DNA of 32,632 nt from a bacterium (GTDB taxonomy: Bacteria; Eisenbacteria; RBG-16-71-46). A program made the position numbers and the translations under genes. The DNA lies in NCBI GenBank assembly GCA_043779265.1, contig JAYWEM010000173.1, forward strand, positions 1 through 32,632, written 5' to 3'. This document shows, one piece after another, positions 1-9,413 of this stretch (position 1 is its first letter; the number at the start of each line of letters is the position of its first letter). Below the pieces are notes generated by a model. The model saw only the letters and a program-made list of their open reading frames with translations. It had not been told where the DNA came from and did no database searches.

Positions 1-1347
1 GCCGCTCCAACCGATGGTGTGTGGGAGGGCAAGCTGCAGGGTGCCATCCGCCTGCGCATCCATCTCAAGAGCGAGGGCGGAGTTCGTCTCGCCAAGCTCG
101 ACAGTCCCGATCAGGGCACACTCGGACTCGACGTCGAGCTGAGACATCTCTCCGAGGATTCGCTCTCGGTGTGGCTCGCCTCGGCGAACGGTGGATGGTC
201 GGGGCGAATCTCCGAGGACGGCTCGACGCTCACCGGCACATGGTCGCAGGGCGGCGCCGCGATCCCTCTCACGCTGACGCGCCTTGAAGCCGCACCGGAC
301 GATCGCAAGCCACAGGAGCCACACCCGCCCTATCCCTACGACGTGGCCGACGTGTCCTTCGAGAACGCGGCGGCCTCGGTGACGCTCGCCGGCACGCTCA
401 CCTCGCCGCGCGGCGCCTCGAAGGCGCCAGCCGCGGTGCTCGTCTCGGGCTCGGGCCCGCAGGATCGCGACAGCCATCTGCTCGGACACAAACCGTTCAA
501 GCTTCTGGCCGACCAGCTGACCCGTGCTGGCATCGCCGTGTTGCGCTACGACGAACGCGGCATCGGCAAGTCGAGCGGGCATTTCCGCGCTGCGACGACC
601 GCCGACTTCGCGGCCGATGCCGCCGCCGCCGTGGCCTACTTGCGAACGAGGTCCGACATCGACGGCGCACGCATCGTCGTCATCGGTCACAGCGAGGGCG
701 GTTTGATCGCGCCATGGGTCGCCGCACGTGATCCCAAACTGGCGGCGATCGTCTCGCTGGCGGGACCCTCGATTCGGGGCGACGCCCTGCTTGAAGCGCA
801 GAGCATCGCGCTCATGCGCGCGGCCGGTCGTGACTCGGCAGGACAGGCGAACACGATGGAGTTCAACCGAAAAGCCTGGCAGTACGCATTCGAGGACACG
901 CCGGAGGACACATTGAAAGCGCGGGTGGCCCGCGCCTCGCTCGTGTTCGTGGCCTCGCTCCCGGAGTCGGAGCGCGGGCAGGTCGGCGACGCCGAGCAGT
1001 TCGCACGCACCACGGCAACGCAGTTGGCCGATCCGTGGTTCCGTTCCTTCGTGCGGCTCGACCCCGGCCCCGATCTCGCGCGCGTCCGCGTGCCGATGCT
1101 GGCCTACTTCGCCGAGCGCGATCTCCAGGTGCCCCCGGACTCCAACATCCCCGCGCTTCACGCGCACTTCAAGGGGCCGCGCGCGAACCTTCTCACGGTG
1201 CATCGCTGGCCCAAGCTCAACCATCTGTTCCAGACCGCGACCACCGGGTTGCCGGCCGAGTACAGCCTCATTCCCGAGACGATGGCGCCCGCGATGCTCG
1301 ATGGGCTCGTGGCCTGGCTGCAGACCACGATGGGCATCAAGCGGTGA
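1..1347 (+). CDS. Alpha/beta-fold serine hydrolase (S9/S15/S33-like peptidase or esterase) with an N-terminal beta-rich domain; 5' truncated by the window edge
   Basis: Frame is open from base 1. Motifs LAGTLTSP, VSGSGPQDRD, LRYDERGIGKSSG, nucleophile GHSEGG, acid in ERDLQVP, His in LNHLFQ. Confidence 0.88.
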   Translation, partial: AAPTDGVWEGKLQGAIRLRIHLKSEGGVRLAKLDSPDQGTLGLDVELRHLSEDSLSVWLASANGGWSGRISEDGSTLTGTWSQGGAAIPLTLTRLEAAPDDRKPQEPHPPYPYDVADVSFENAAASVTLAGTLTSPRGASKAPAAVLVSGSGPQDRDSHLLGHKPFKLLADQLTRAGIAVLRYDERGIGKSSGHFRAATTADFAADAAAAVAYLRTRSDIDGARIVVIGHSEGGLIAPWVAARDPKLAAIVSLAGPSIRGDALLEAQSIALMRAAGRDSAGQANTMEFNRKAWQYAFEDTPEDTLKARVARASLVFVASLPESERGQVGDAEQFARTTATQLADPWFRSFVRLDPGPDLARVRVPMLAYFAERDLQVPPDSNIPALHAHFKGPRANLLTVHRWPKLNHLFQTATTGLPAEYSLIPETMAPAMLDGLVAWLQTTMGIKR

Positions 1348-2066
1348 GCGAGTCGCCGGAGCCGGTCGCGGAACTCGAGCGGCGATTGAAGTGGAGAGCG
1401 TGGCCGACCGCATTGTTCATCCTCAACCTGGCGCTGCTCGGCACCGCGGCCATCATCTCGCTCAAGCTGCGGCCCCGGCACCCCGAGGGATTGCCCGATG
1501 ATCCGCGCGCCAAAGTGGCCGCCGCCACGCTCGGTGGAGAGGCCGCGATCGCCATGGATGGGCTGCGGTTCCGCGCGGCGATCCTGGGCGGCGAGGTGGT
1601 GGATCGGCAGAGCGCACCCGCGCTTCGCTCCCGCGCCGAGATGGTCGCCCCCCTCCTGCATCAGGCAAAACGCGCACGACCTCTGGAGCCGCGCACCCAC
1701 GCGGCCCTCGCGGCCCTCGACCTGATCGAGCATCGAGACGCGCTCGCCTCGCGCCGTTATCACTGGGCGTGCGAGCTGGCGCCGCACTACGCCGAAGCGA
1801 GGCTCGGGCTCGGCGTCTCGCTGGCGCGCATGGCGATCCGTGAGGGCGACCCGTTCCGCGCCCGCGCACTCCAACTGCAGGCCGTCGCGCAGTTCGCCGC
1901 CGTCGATTCGTCGAGCGCCGAGTATCCACTCGCGCTCTACAACCGCGCGTGGTTGCTGTTGCAGACCGGGCCCCAGAGCGAGGCGGAGCGCTACATCACC
2001 GCCTATCTGGAACTCGATTCACAGAGCGCGCGGGCCGAGGCGCTGCGAGCCGCTGCAGCGCGCTGA
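1344..2066 (+). CDS. Membrane-anchored TPR-like protein (~240 aa)
   Basis: GTG overlaps the upstream TGA (GTGA 1344-1347). One hydrophobic helix (TALFILNLALLGTAAIISL). TPR-like segments LAPHYAEARLGLGVSL and LALYNRAWLLLQTG...AERYITAYLELD. Confidence 0.7.
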   Translation: MSESPEPVAELERRLKWRAWPTALFILNLALLGTAAIISLKLRPRHPEGLPDDPRAKVAAATLGGEAAIAMDGLRFRAAILGGEVVDRQSAPALRSRAEMVAPLLHQAKRARPLEPRTHAALAALDLIEHRDALASRRYHWACELAPHYAEARLGLGVSLARMAIREGDPFRARALQLQAVAQFAAVDSSSAEYPLALYNRAWLLLQTGPQSEAERYITAYLELDSQSARAEALRAAAAR

Positions 2067-2090
2067 ACCGAAGTCGCGCGGGACGTTCCG

Positions 2091-2963
2091 CTATTGCGAG
2101 ACCGTCACACCCACGCGTGGACAGAGCGACGTGAGCGGGCAATCCGAGCAGCGCGGCTTGCGCGCGTTGCACACCTGGCGGCCGTGCAGGATGAGCCAGT
2201 GCGAGATCAGCACCCAGTCCTCGCGCGTGACGAGTGGCTGCAACGCCATCTCGATCTTCACGGCATCGCTCTCCTGGGTCAGACCGAGCCGGTTGGAGAG
2301 ACGTGTCACATGCGTGTCGACCACGATCCCGGAAGCGATGCCGTAGGCATTGCCCAGCACGACGTTCGCGGTCTTGCGACCGACCCCGCGCAGCGCGACC
2401 AGCGCATCGAGATCCCTCGGGACCTCGCCTCCGTGCAGCTTGACGAGATCGGCGCAGGCGGACTGGATCGCCTTGGCCTTGTTCCGGAAGAACCCGGTCG
2501 AATGGATCAACTGCTCGAGGTCCGCCAGATCGGCCTTGGCGAAGGCCGCGGCGTCCGGATATCTGGCGAACAGCTCGGGCGTCACCATGTTGACGCGCTC
2601 ATCCGTACACTGTGCCGAGAGGATCGTGGCGATCAGCAGCTGCAGCGGGCTCTTGAAGTCGAGTGCGCAGCGCGCATCCGGGTAGAGCTCGCGCAACTGT
2701 TCGAGGATGGCGGCGACGCGCTTGGGATCGGGCGTCAGCTGCCGCGTGCGTGGGCGTTCGGACTTGGGCGATCGCTGCTTGGTCGCCGCGCGCGTCGACT
2801 TGCCGCTCGCCGCCGCCGGGCGTGCGCCCTTGCGCGCATGCGCGCCGTCACTGGCCGCCGCCTTGGTGCGCGACGTGCCCGGTGCCGAGCGCACACGCGG
2901 CGCCGACGGCAACTTGGGAGCGGGGCCGCTCTTGCGGCGCGATCGCGGGGACTTGCGGGGCAT
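2091..2963 (-). CDS. nth: Endonuclease III (DNA glycosylase/AP lyase) with a long basic N-terminal extension
   Basis: LLIATILSAQCTDERVN, HhH motif LRGVGRKTANVVL, VVDTHVTRLSNRLG, and [4Fe-4S] motif CNARKPRCSDCPLTSLC. Confidence 0.96.
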   Translation of the reverse strand: MPRKSPRSRRKSGPAPKLPSAPRVRSAPGTSRTKAAASDGAHARKGARPAAASGKSTRAATKQRSPKSERPRTRQLTPDPKRVAAILEQLRELYPDARCALDFKSPLQLLIATILSAQCTDERVNMVTPELFARYPDAAAFAKADLADLEQLIHSTGFFRNKAKAIQSACADLVKLHGGEVPRDLDALVALRGVGRKTANVVLGNAYGIASGIVVDTHVTRLSNRLGLTQESDAVKIEMALQPLVTREDWVLISHWLILHGRQVCNARKPRCSDCPLTSLCPRVGVTVSQ

Positions 2964-3082
2964 GGCGAGCGGCAGCCTAGCACGGCTCGATGCTCATGGC
3001 GTCGCGCGCTCGCGCAGGGTCGGAGCGCGAAGCGGCCGCCCCTCGCCACGAGAGACGGCCGCCTGCCACAACCTCGAAGCTG

Positions 3083-6000
3083 CTACTTCGTCCGCACCAC
3101 CTTGCGCGTCGAGACCTTGCCGCCGGCCACCATGCGCACCAGATACAGCCCCGGCGGCACGGAGCGACCACCCTCGTCGCGGCCATCCCACACCAGCGAG
3201 TGCCGCCCCGCCGACCACGGACCCTCGGCCAGGACGCGCCGGCGAGCGCCGGTCACGTCATGGATGTCGAGCCGCAGATTCGACGCCTCGGCGAGATCGA
3301 GTCCGAATCGCACGTCGTTCACGAACGGATCGGGCGCCGCCGAGCGCAGTCCCGTCGTGAGCGGCGGACCGTCGGTATCGACGTCGACCGTCGACAACGT
3401 GATCTGCACCGTGTAGCTGCCGCTCTTGATGATGTCGCGTTCGCCCGCCTTGAACACGACGAGGCAGTAGTCACCAGGCTGATCCACGTTCACGCTGATG
3501 AACTCGTTGACGCCGCTGCCGCCGAGCCAACTCGCGCGCGTTCGACCGTCGGTGCGGTTCTGGAACGGCGTGCCGGGCTGATGCAGGGCGACACCCCAGT
3601 CCACGTTCGACCCGAACCCGTTGACGACTCGGATGTTCCACTTCCCGAACGTGAGCGGCAGCGTGTAGAGGTCCATGAGTTCCCCGTAGCCGATGGTCAC
3701 GGGACCGATCACGCTGAGCGGGTTCGCACGGGTCTGGGCTCCCAACACCTCCGTGACGTACTGCGCCGTGTCCTTGATCCCCGGCACATCCACGCGCAGG
3801 AGTCCAGCGTCGAACCCGCGATAGCCGGTCGTGCCGAAGTCGACGAGCACGTAGTCCAACACGCCTGCGCCCCAGTCCGATGTCGTCAGCGGCGAGTCGA
3901 ACCCGGAAGTCGAGCCGGGCGCTTTCTCGTGGAGCCACAGATCCATGTCCGAGGCGCCGAGCGGCATCAGTGCGACGCCACCCCACTTGTGTCCCAGACC
4001 ACTCGTGAAGTCGGGCGTGCGGATGCCGTCCTGATTGAACTGCACGATCTCGCCTGCCGGCAGCGTGCTCCAACCCGCGTCCACGGCCTTGCCATTCTTG
4101 CGCCAGCGCGGCGTGTTGAGCGGTCGCACCGGCGGTGTGAACACCCACTGCTGGCCGGAGATGTTGTCGGTCTCGTCGGACTCGACGACCCAGTCATCGG
4201 GATCCAACTCCATCCAGAGCGTGTGACGGCCGCCCGGAATCGTGGTGGGCGAGATGTCGTAGGCCGTTCGCGTGGTGCCTCCGCTGAACGTGATGAACTG
4301 AGGGCCGGTGTTCCGCACGCCGTCCCAGAAAAGGTCGGACTTCACGAGACCGGCGAGCACCGAGCCGTCGTTGCGTGCGCTCACGTTCATGTAGGTGGTG
4401 CCGTCCCCATTCAGCGTCGCGGTCGGAACGGCGGGGCCAGGCGCCGCATCGGCGGTGCGGCGCGGCACCAGCGGCGCGGCCCATCCCGAAGAGTCGAACG
4501 GCCGGACGTCCGCCTGCGCCAGACTCAGCTTGAGCCCGAAGCTCATCGGTCCCTGGGCGATGCTGGGGTTGCGGTGCACCGCCAGCAGGTAAGTGCCCAC
4601 GTCGAAGGCGGTCACCGACAGGGTCGAGCGGCCACTCAGGTTGGACGTCGCCTTGCGATCGAAGTCCTCGATGCCAGCGGTCTCCCGTGCGTAGTCGAAC
4701 CACAGCGAGGTGACGTTGTTGACGATCGCCGGTGCACCACGCACGTCGACGGAGTACCAACCGGTCTGCGCCGCCGAGGGCGTGAAGACGTACAGCTTCA
4801 TCATCTCGTCTTGGGCGAACGAGACCGTGAGCGAGTCGCCCGGGCGGATCGTGGCGGGGATCATCTGCTTGAGCTGATACGGCAGCGAGAACACTCCATC
4901 TCGATAGACACCGACATCCCAGGTGTTGTCGCCGTTGGGAACGCGGTTCGTGAAGACCGCGTCGAGCAATCCCGAGGTGCGACTGGAGGACGATCTCGCG
5001 ATGGCGAAGCCGTTGGTCGATCCCGTCGACGTGTCGAACACCTTCAGGTCCACATCGACCAGCGGACCGGTGCCGGAGTGGGCGTAGACGCCCGACCACA
5101 AAGCGGTCCCCGCGATCGTGCCTCCCGGCGGCGTGTACACGTGCGAGATCTCGAACCCGTCGCAGTTGTCGAACGGAATCACCCCGGACAGCAGGTCCGC
5201 GTGGCCGGCACTTCGCTTGGGAGGCGCGGGGTTCGTGTAGAACGTGTAGGCATTGAGCGGGTCGGCGTCCCACACGAGCTGCCGTGAACGATGATTGTTG
5301 TCCTCGTTCGTCTCGGCCTCCCACTCGGCCCCGTCGTACCACGCCTCGACCGTGTGCCGCCCGCCGCCGACCACGATGGGCCCGCGGTTGATCATGAACG
5401 AGGTGGCTCCGCCGGCGGCCGCGGCACCCATGATGGAGTCGCGCTGGACGCCATCCACCAACAACCGCACGCGGTTCGAGCTGGTGGCGATCTCCCCGTA
5501 GTTCTTGGCCACGGTGTTCCAGTAGACGCTGCCGCCGCCATTCAGGAACCCCGAGGCCGCGGCCCAGGTGTTGGTCGCGGTGGTATTGCCACGAACGGTG
5601 ACCGCCGCATCCCATCCTGAGGGCAGCGGCGAAGCAGCCGCCAGATCGGCCGGGTAGGGATCGCGGATGCGATAGGGCCCCGCCTGCGCGTAGCCGATGC
5701 TCCAGTTGCCGTCATCATCCCTGGCGCGAAGCGTGATGTAGTAGTTGCCGGGCCCGGGAGCCTGGAGCGTGTAGGCGAGCCCATCGATGGCATTCACCTC
5801 GATGGTCTCGTTGGGCAAGGTGGGACTCGTGCCGATGGCGAGGCTGTAGGCCACCGCACCCGAGTAGTCGTCGCCCGCCGCTTGCCAGGTCATATCGATG
5901 GTGCGATCCGGGACCGCGTCGTGCTGGAGCCCCTCGTTGTGGCTCGTGGACTCGAAGTAGGGCGAGATGCCGGGCGGCGCACTATCCAGGTCGTAGCCCG

Positions 6001-7594
6001 CGTTCACGAACGTGTTCCACACCGACTGCCGGTTCAGGTTCGGGTTGCGGGTGAGGAACTTGTTGATGAAGCCGTTCGGGCCCTCATGGTTGCCGTCCGC
6101 CATCGTGCTGAGGATCTCCGAGGGCGAGATCGAGAGCATGTCGATGCCGCGCTCGTTCGGATCGTCCTCGTTGTCGCTGCCGCCGTCCTCGAGGTCCCGA
6201 AGGAGCGCCGCGAAATACCCCTCGATGATGGACGGCTGGTCTCCGTAGATGCTGCCCTCGCCGCAGCTACCGGTGAACTCGGTCTCGCGCCCATTGATCA
6301 TGGCCTGCCCATAGGCTTGGACGTGTCGTCGCCCGACGATGTCGGCCACCCAGTTGGCGAACCCCTCCTTGATCGCGGTGCCATCGTCCTCCTCGCACCA
6401 AGCGCAGTGACCAGGATCGCCATTCGGATTGTCACAGATCCCATTGTCGTAATCGTGATCGGGAACGTAGAAGAACGAGCGCTGGATGTGGTGGCCGTAC
6501 TCATGCACATGCATGCCGCTCTCCCAGCCCCACTTCCTGCTCCCGGTCTGGATCGGGATGTTGATCTCGCCGTCGTAGTTCGGCCAGTCCGAGCTGGGAT
6601 AGACCACGTCCACCGACGGCACATCACGGCCCATGGCGTAGATCTCACGCCACGAGCGCACGACGTTGTTGAAGATGTGGCACGCGGCGCGACCCACTTC
6701 CGTGGTCGGCTGCCTCGTGCCGAAGTCCGCAGTGGAGCCGGTGAAGTCATCCTTCACGCCCGTCGTGAACAGGTAGTTGAACTCGAGCATGCCGTGCTCG
6801 ACGACCACTCGCGTGTTGGCGAGTTCGAACTCGAGGTAGAGGTCCGGCTCGTCCTCGCTGGCATAGACCGTGACCTCGAACCGCCCGTCGACACCCGTGG
6901 TGGCGCTGCCGAGATGCTCGTCCCAGTCCCAGTCCTCGTCGTAGACACGCACCGTGGTGTTGTCGACGGGCAGGGTCTGACCATCCGAGCGCAGATAGAC
7001 GAAACGTCCCTTCACGAGGATGTTCCGGCCGCCGGTGGTCTTCGACTGGGACTTCAGCGCCTCGCGCTTCTCGCGGGGGGTATCGATCCGTTCCTCGCGA
7101 GGCACGGACTGCAACACGCCCTCGGAAGGCAGGATCGACAGCGGCTCGGGGATGAAGACGCCTTCCGGCACGAGCGAGCTGCCGCCCGCCCCGGTGGCCA
7201 GCTGCCAGCCATCCGCCGTGAAGTCGTACGTGCGCGTGACGACGGTCGAGTTGGCGCGGAAGCTGATGCGGATCCCCGGATCGGACGTGGCCGCCGTGAG
7301 CGTCACGCGGATCACGCGCGTGTTCGAGCGCCCGGACAGCAGCACCGGGAACTGCGGAGCATTGTGGGCGACGGAGTCGAGCGAGTCGGTCCCGGTGATC
7401 GAGAACTGGCTCAAGGTCATGGTCGTCGCTGCCGTGAGCACGACGTCGAACGGGTAGGACACGCCCTGCTTCGCGGGCTTCGTGAGCCCGACCAGCTGGA
7501 CCGAGACGGGCGGCGAACTGGTGGCGAGCGCCGGGGCGGCGAACAGCAGCAGAGCCAGCGCCGAGGCGCACGAGCCGAACAGGCGGCGGATCAT
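3083..7594 (-). CDS. Large secreted zinc metalloprotease (gluzincin-type), 1503 aa, with a transthyretin-like domain, duplicated CARDB/PPC-like modules and a C-terminal FlgD-Ig domain
   Basis: Signal peptide (ALALLLFAAPALA); SD GAGGAGGT; HEYGH (6491-6505) with downstream EGFANW; CARDB-like ETNEDNN and ESDETDN motifs; C-terminus WDGRDEGGRSVPPGLYLVRM. Confidence 0.82.
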   Translation of the reverse strand: MIRRLFGSCASALALLLFAAPALATSSPPVSVQLVGLTKPAKQGVSYPFDVVLTAATTMTLSQFSITGTDSLDSVAHNAPQFPVLLSGRSNTRVIRVTLTAATSDPGIRISFRANSTVVTRTYDFTADGWQLATGAGGSSLVPEGVFIPEPLSILPSEGVLQSVPREERIDTPREKREALKSQSKTTGGRNILVKGRFVYLRSDGQTLPVDNTTVRVYDEDWDWDEHLGSATTGVDGRFEVTVYASEDEPDLYLEFELANTRVVVEHGMLEFNYLFTTGVKDDFTGSTADFGTRQPTTEVGRAACHIFNNVVRSWREIYAMGRDVPSVDVVYPSSDWPNYDGEINIPIQTGSRKWGWESGMHVHEYGHHIQRSFFYVPDHDYDNGICDNPNGDPGHCAWCEEDDGTAIKEGFANWVADIVGRRHVQAYGQAMINGRETEFTGSCGEGSIYGDQPSIIEGYFAALLRDLEDGGSDNEDDPNERGIDMLSISPSEILSTMADGNHEGPNGFINKFLTRNPNLNRQSVWNTFVNAGYDLDSAPPGISPYFESTSHNEGLQHDAVPDRTIDMTWQAAGDDYSGAVAYSLAIGTSPTLPNETIEVNAIDGLAYTLQAPGPGNYYITLRARDDDGNWSIGYAQAGPYRIRDPYPADLAAASPLPSGWDAAVTVRGNTTATNTWAAASGFLNGGGSVYWNTVAKNYGEIATSSNRVRLLVDGVQRDSIMGAAAAGGATSFMINRGPIVVGGGRHTVEAWYDGAEWEAETNEDNNHRSRQLVWDADPLNAYTFYTNPAPPKRSAGHADLLSGVIPFDNCDGFEISHVYTPPGGTIAGTALWSGVYAHSGTGPLVDVDLKVFDTSTGSTNGFAIARSSSSRTSGLLDAVFTNRVPNGDNTWDVGVYRDGVFSLPYQLKQMIPATIRPGDSLTVSFAQDEMMKLYVFTPSAAQTGWYSVDVRGAPAIVNNVTSLWFDYARETAGIEDFDRKATSNLSGRSTLSVTAFDVGTYLLAVHRNPSIAQGPMSFGLKLSLAQADVRPFDSSGWAAPLVPRRTADAAPGPAVPTATLNGDGTTYMNVSARNDGSVLAGLVKSDLFWDGVRNTGPQFITFSGGTTRTAYDISPTTIPGGRHTLWMELDPDDWVVESDETDNISGQQWVFTPPVRPLNTPRWRKNGKAVDAGWSTLPAGEIVQFNQDGIRTPDFTSGLGHKWGGVALMPLGASDMDLWLHEKAPGSTSGFDSPLTTSDWGAGVLDYVLVDFGTTGYRGFDAGLLRVDVPGIKDTAQYVTEVLGAQTRANPLSVIGPVTIGYGELMDLYTLPLTFGKWNIRVVNGFGSNVDWGVALHQPGTPFQNRTDGRTRASWLGGSGVNEFISVNVDQPGDYCLVVFKAGERDIIKSGSYTVQITLSTVDVDTDGPPLTTGLRSAAPDPFVNDVRFGLDLAEASNLRLDIHDVTGARRRVLAEGPWSAGRHSLVWDGRDEGGRSVPPGLYLVRMVAGGKVSTRKVVRTK

Positions 7595-8034
7595 CGCGCC
7601 ACCTCCTCACGCAGCGGCGCCACGACGAACGCGGCCGCGCGCGTGCGCTGCATCTCGAGTCGGCGCGCAAGCGCGATGTCGCCGCGCGACTGCGCGTAGG
7701 TCAGCTGCCGATCGAGCAGGGCAAGCCGTGTGGCGCGCTTGTGCTGTTCGATCTCCACCTGCAGCTCGGCCTGTTCATTCTCGGGGGCGGTGGCCACGCG
7801 CGCCTGCAGCGCGGCCAACTCGACACTCCGCTCGGCGAGCAGTTGACGCATCGCGCGGCGCTCGCGCTGGCGCGGCGTCGGCGCGACCACGACCTCGCCC
7901 GGCACATCGGGGCGGGACACGTGGGCCGTGGCGTCGGCTTCGGCGTGGACGGGAGCCGGCGGGATCACGGCGAACGCGAGCGCCATCCAGAGGGCCGGGA
8001 GGAATCGGGCGAGAGAGGGGTTCGGCGGGCGCAT
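7591..8034 (-). CDS. Small secreted helical/coiled-coil protein (147 aa), translationally coupled to the protease
   Basis: ATG at 8034 with SD GAGGAG. Signal peptide ends PVHA. E/Q/R/A-rich helical body. TGA overlaps the protease ATG (7591-7594). Confidence 0.72.
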   Translation of the reverse strand: MRPPNPSLARFLPALWMALAFAVIPPAPVHAEADATAHVSRPDVPGEVVVAPTPRQRERRAMRQLLAERSVELAALQARVATAPENEQAELQVEIEQHKRATRLALLDRQLTYAQSRGDIALARRLEMQRTRAAAFVVAPLREEVAR

Positions 8035-8132
8035 CGGGTGCTCCTCGGTGGAAGGGTGGCGATGGGGGCTTGCCGCCCCGTGCCCTTCCAACGCACCACC
8101 GCCCCCGGCTGCACGCGCATTCCGCAGGAAGC

Positions 8133-8162
8133 GGCCCCGCGGGCGGTTCCGCCCACGGGGCC
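8133..8162 (-). terminator. GC-rich hairpin downstream of the OMP gene; possible terminator or RNA-processing/stability element
   Basis: Minus strand reads GGCCCCGTGGGCG-GAAC-CGCCCGCGGGGCC, a 13-bp stem with one G-U pair. No U-tract follows. Confidence 0.4.
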
Positions 8163-8324
8163 CTCGCTCACGCCCGGCTTCCGGGCAACGGACGCGAGAC
8201 GACTCAATCGATGCGGTACGCGGCGATTCTGCGAGGGGACCCAACCCGGCCCCCAGGCCCCCCGCAGCACACTCTCCCTCGCTCTACCCCAGGCCGCTCA
8301 TTCGTGTTCCACGAAGCTCGGGCG

Positions 8325-9173
8325 TCAGAAACCCCAACTCAGGCCCACCCTCAGCCCGCCGCCATCGGCGTCGATGCTCTCGCGGATCTCGTAGCCCGAG
8401 AGCACGTCCTCGACATCGCGCGACAGTTCGGCGCCGTTCACATACAGCTCGGCCGACAGCCGCGTGCGCCCCGAGAGCGGCAGCGCCGCCCCGGCCCACG
8501 CCTGCCAGCCCCAACCTCCGAAGGTGCCATCGAACTCCTCACCGGTCGTGAAGTCCTGCGCCGAGAGCACCATCACCTGATAGCCGCCCGAGAGGCCGAA
8601 ATAGGGCACGACCGGCATGTCATCCTTGGCCGAGACCTGCAGGAAGGCCATCACCGGGAAGAAGTCGGTGCTGGCGCGAGAGAGGTCCTGCCGAACGGTG
8701 ATCGGCACGCCGCCCGGCCCGATCTGCGAACTGGTGACGCTCGAGGCGTTCTCGGTCTTGTGGATCCAATCGACTCCGAGGCCCAACTGGATATTGGGAT
8801 CGATCATCGGACCGACGCGGAGGCCGACCAGGAAACGGTCCTCCAACTCGCCCTCGGGATCGAACACGCCGATGTGGAGCTGGCTGACGCACTCGGCGTC
8901 GGGCGCGCGACGAGAGCGGGAACTGCGCGGCCGATAGCGGACGCCCGCGTTCTCCACACTCGGCAGGGTCGGCGACAACACCGCCGCCAGCGAGGGCGAC
9001 GATCCGGTCACGACGGCAGCGGGTGCGGACGAGATGGCCACCACCATCGAGAGTGGTTCGGTGAGCCCTGCCGAGGGCAGGGCCAAGCGGGACGACGATT
9101 CGGCCTGCGCCGCGGGTGCTGCAAGGGTGATCAGAGCCGCGACGAGCGCGGAGCGTGGATGCAGTAGGTTCAT
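8325..9173 (-). CDS. Outer-membrane beta-barrel protein (OmpA/OmpW-like small barrel), ~282 aa
   Basis: ATG at 9173 with SD GGGAGGA. Signal peptide ends AAQA. Alternating amphipathic strands (VVPYFGLSGGY, GWGWQAWAGAAL). C-terminal ...LRVGLSWGF fits the Bam beta-signal. Confidence 0.8.
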   Translation of the reverse strand: MNLLHPRSALVAALITLAAPAAQAESSSRLALPSAGLTEPLSMVVAISSAPAAVVTGSSPSLAAVLSPTLPSVENAGVRYRPRSSRSRRAPDAECVSQLHIGVFDPEGELEDRFLVGLRVGPMIDPNIQLGLGVDWIHKTENASSVTSSQIGPGGVPITVRQDLSRASTDFFPVMAFLQVSAKDDMPVVPYFGLSGGYQVMVLSAQDFTTGEEFDGTFGGWGWQAWAGAALPLSGRTRLSAELYVNGAELSRDVEDVLSGYEIRESIDADGGGLRVGLSWGF

Positions 9174-9224
9174 GGGGTCCTCCCTGCCGGCCGGGGTCGC
9201 CGGGCTGGTCCATGCACAGGACTC

Positions 9225-9241
9225 TGGCACGCGGCGTGCCG
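9225..9241. promoter_or_regulatory. Palindromic sigma54-like (-24/-12) site between divergent genes
   Basis: Plus strand TGGCACG-CGGC-GTGC; minus strand CGGCACG-CCGC-GTGC. Both keep the GG-N10-GC spacing of the TGGCACG-N4-TTGC consensus. Confidence 0.4.
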
Positions 9242-9413
9242 AGAGCCCGGTGGCCGACTCAAGCGCAAGGGCAGTGCATCGCTAACGCGTGTCGTGGCAG
9301 TCGCCGGCAGCCCCTCCGAGGCGATCACGCGTGGCGAGTGTGTCGCGCAGTGTTGCGGCTCCGCCTCGGCACCCCCAGCATCCCGAAACCCTCTCTTCCG
9401 GAGCGCTCGACCC

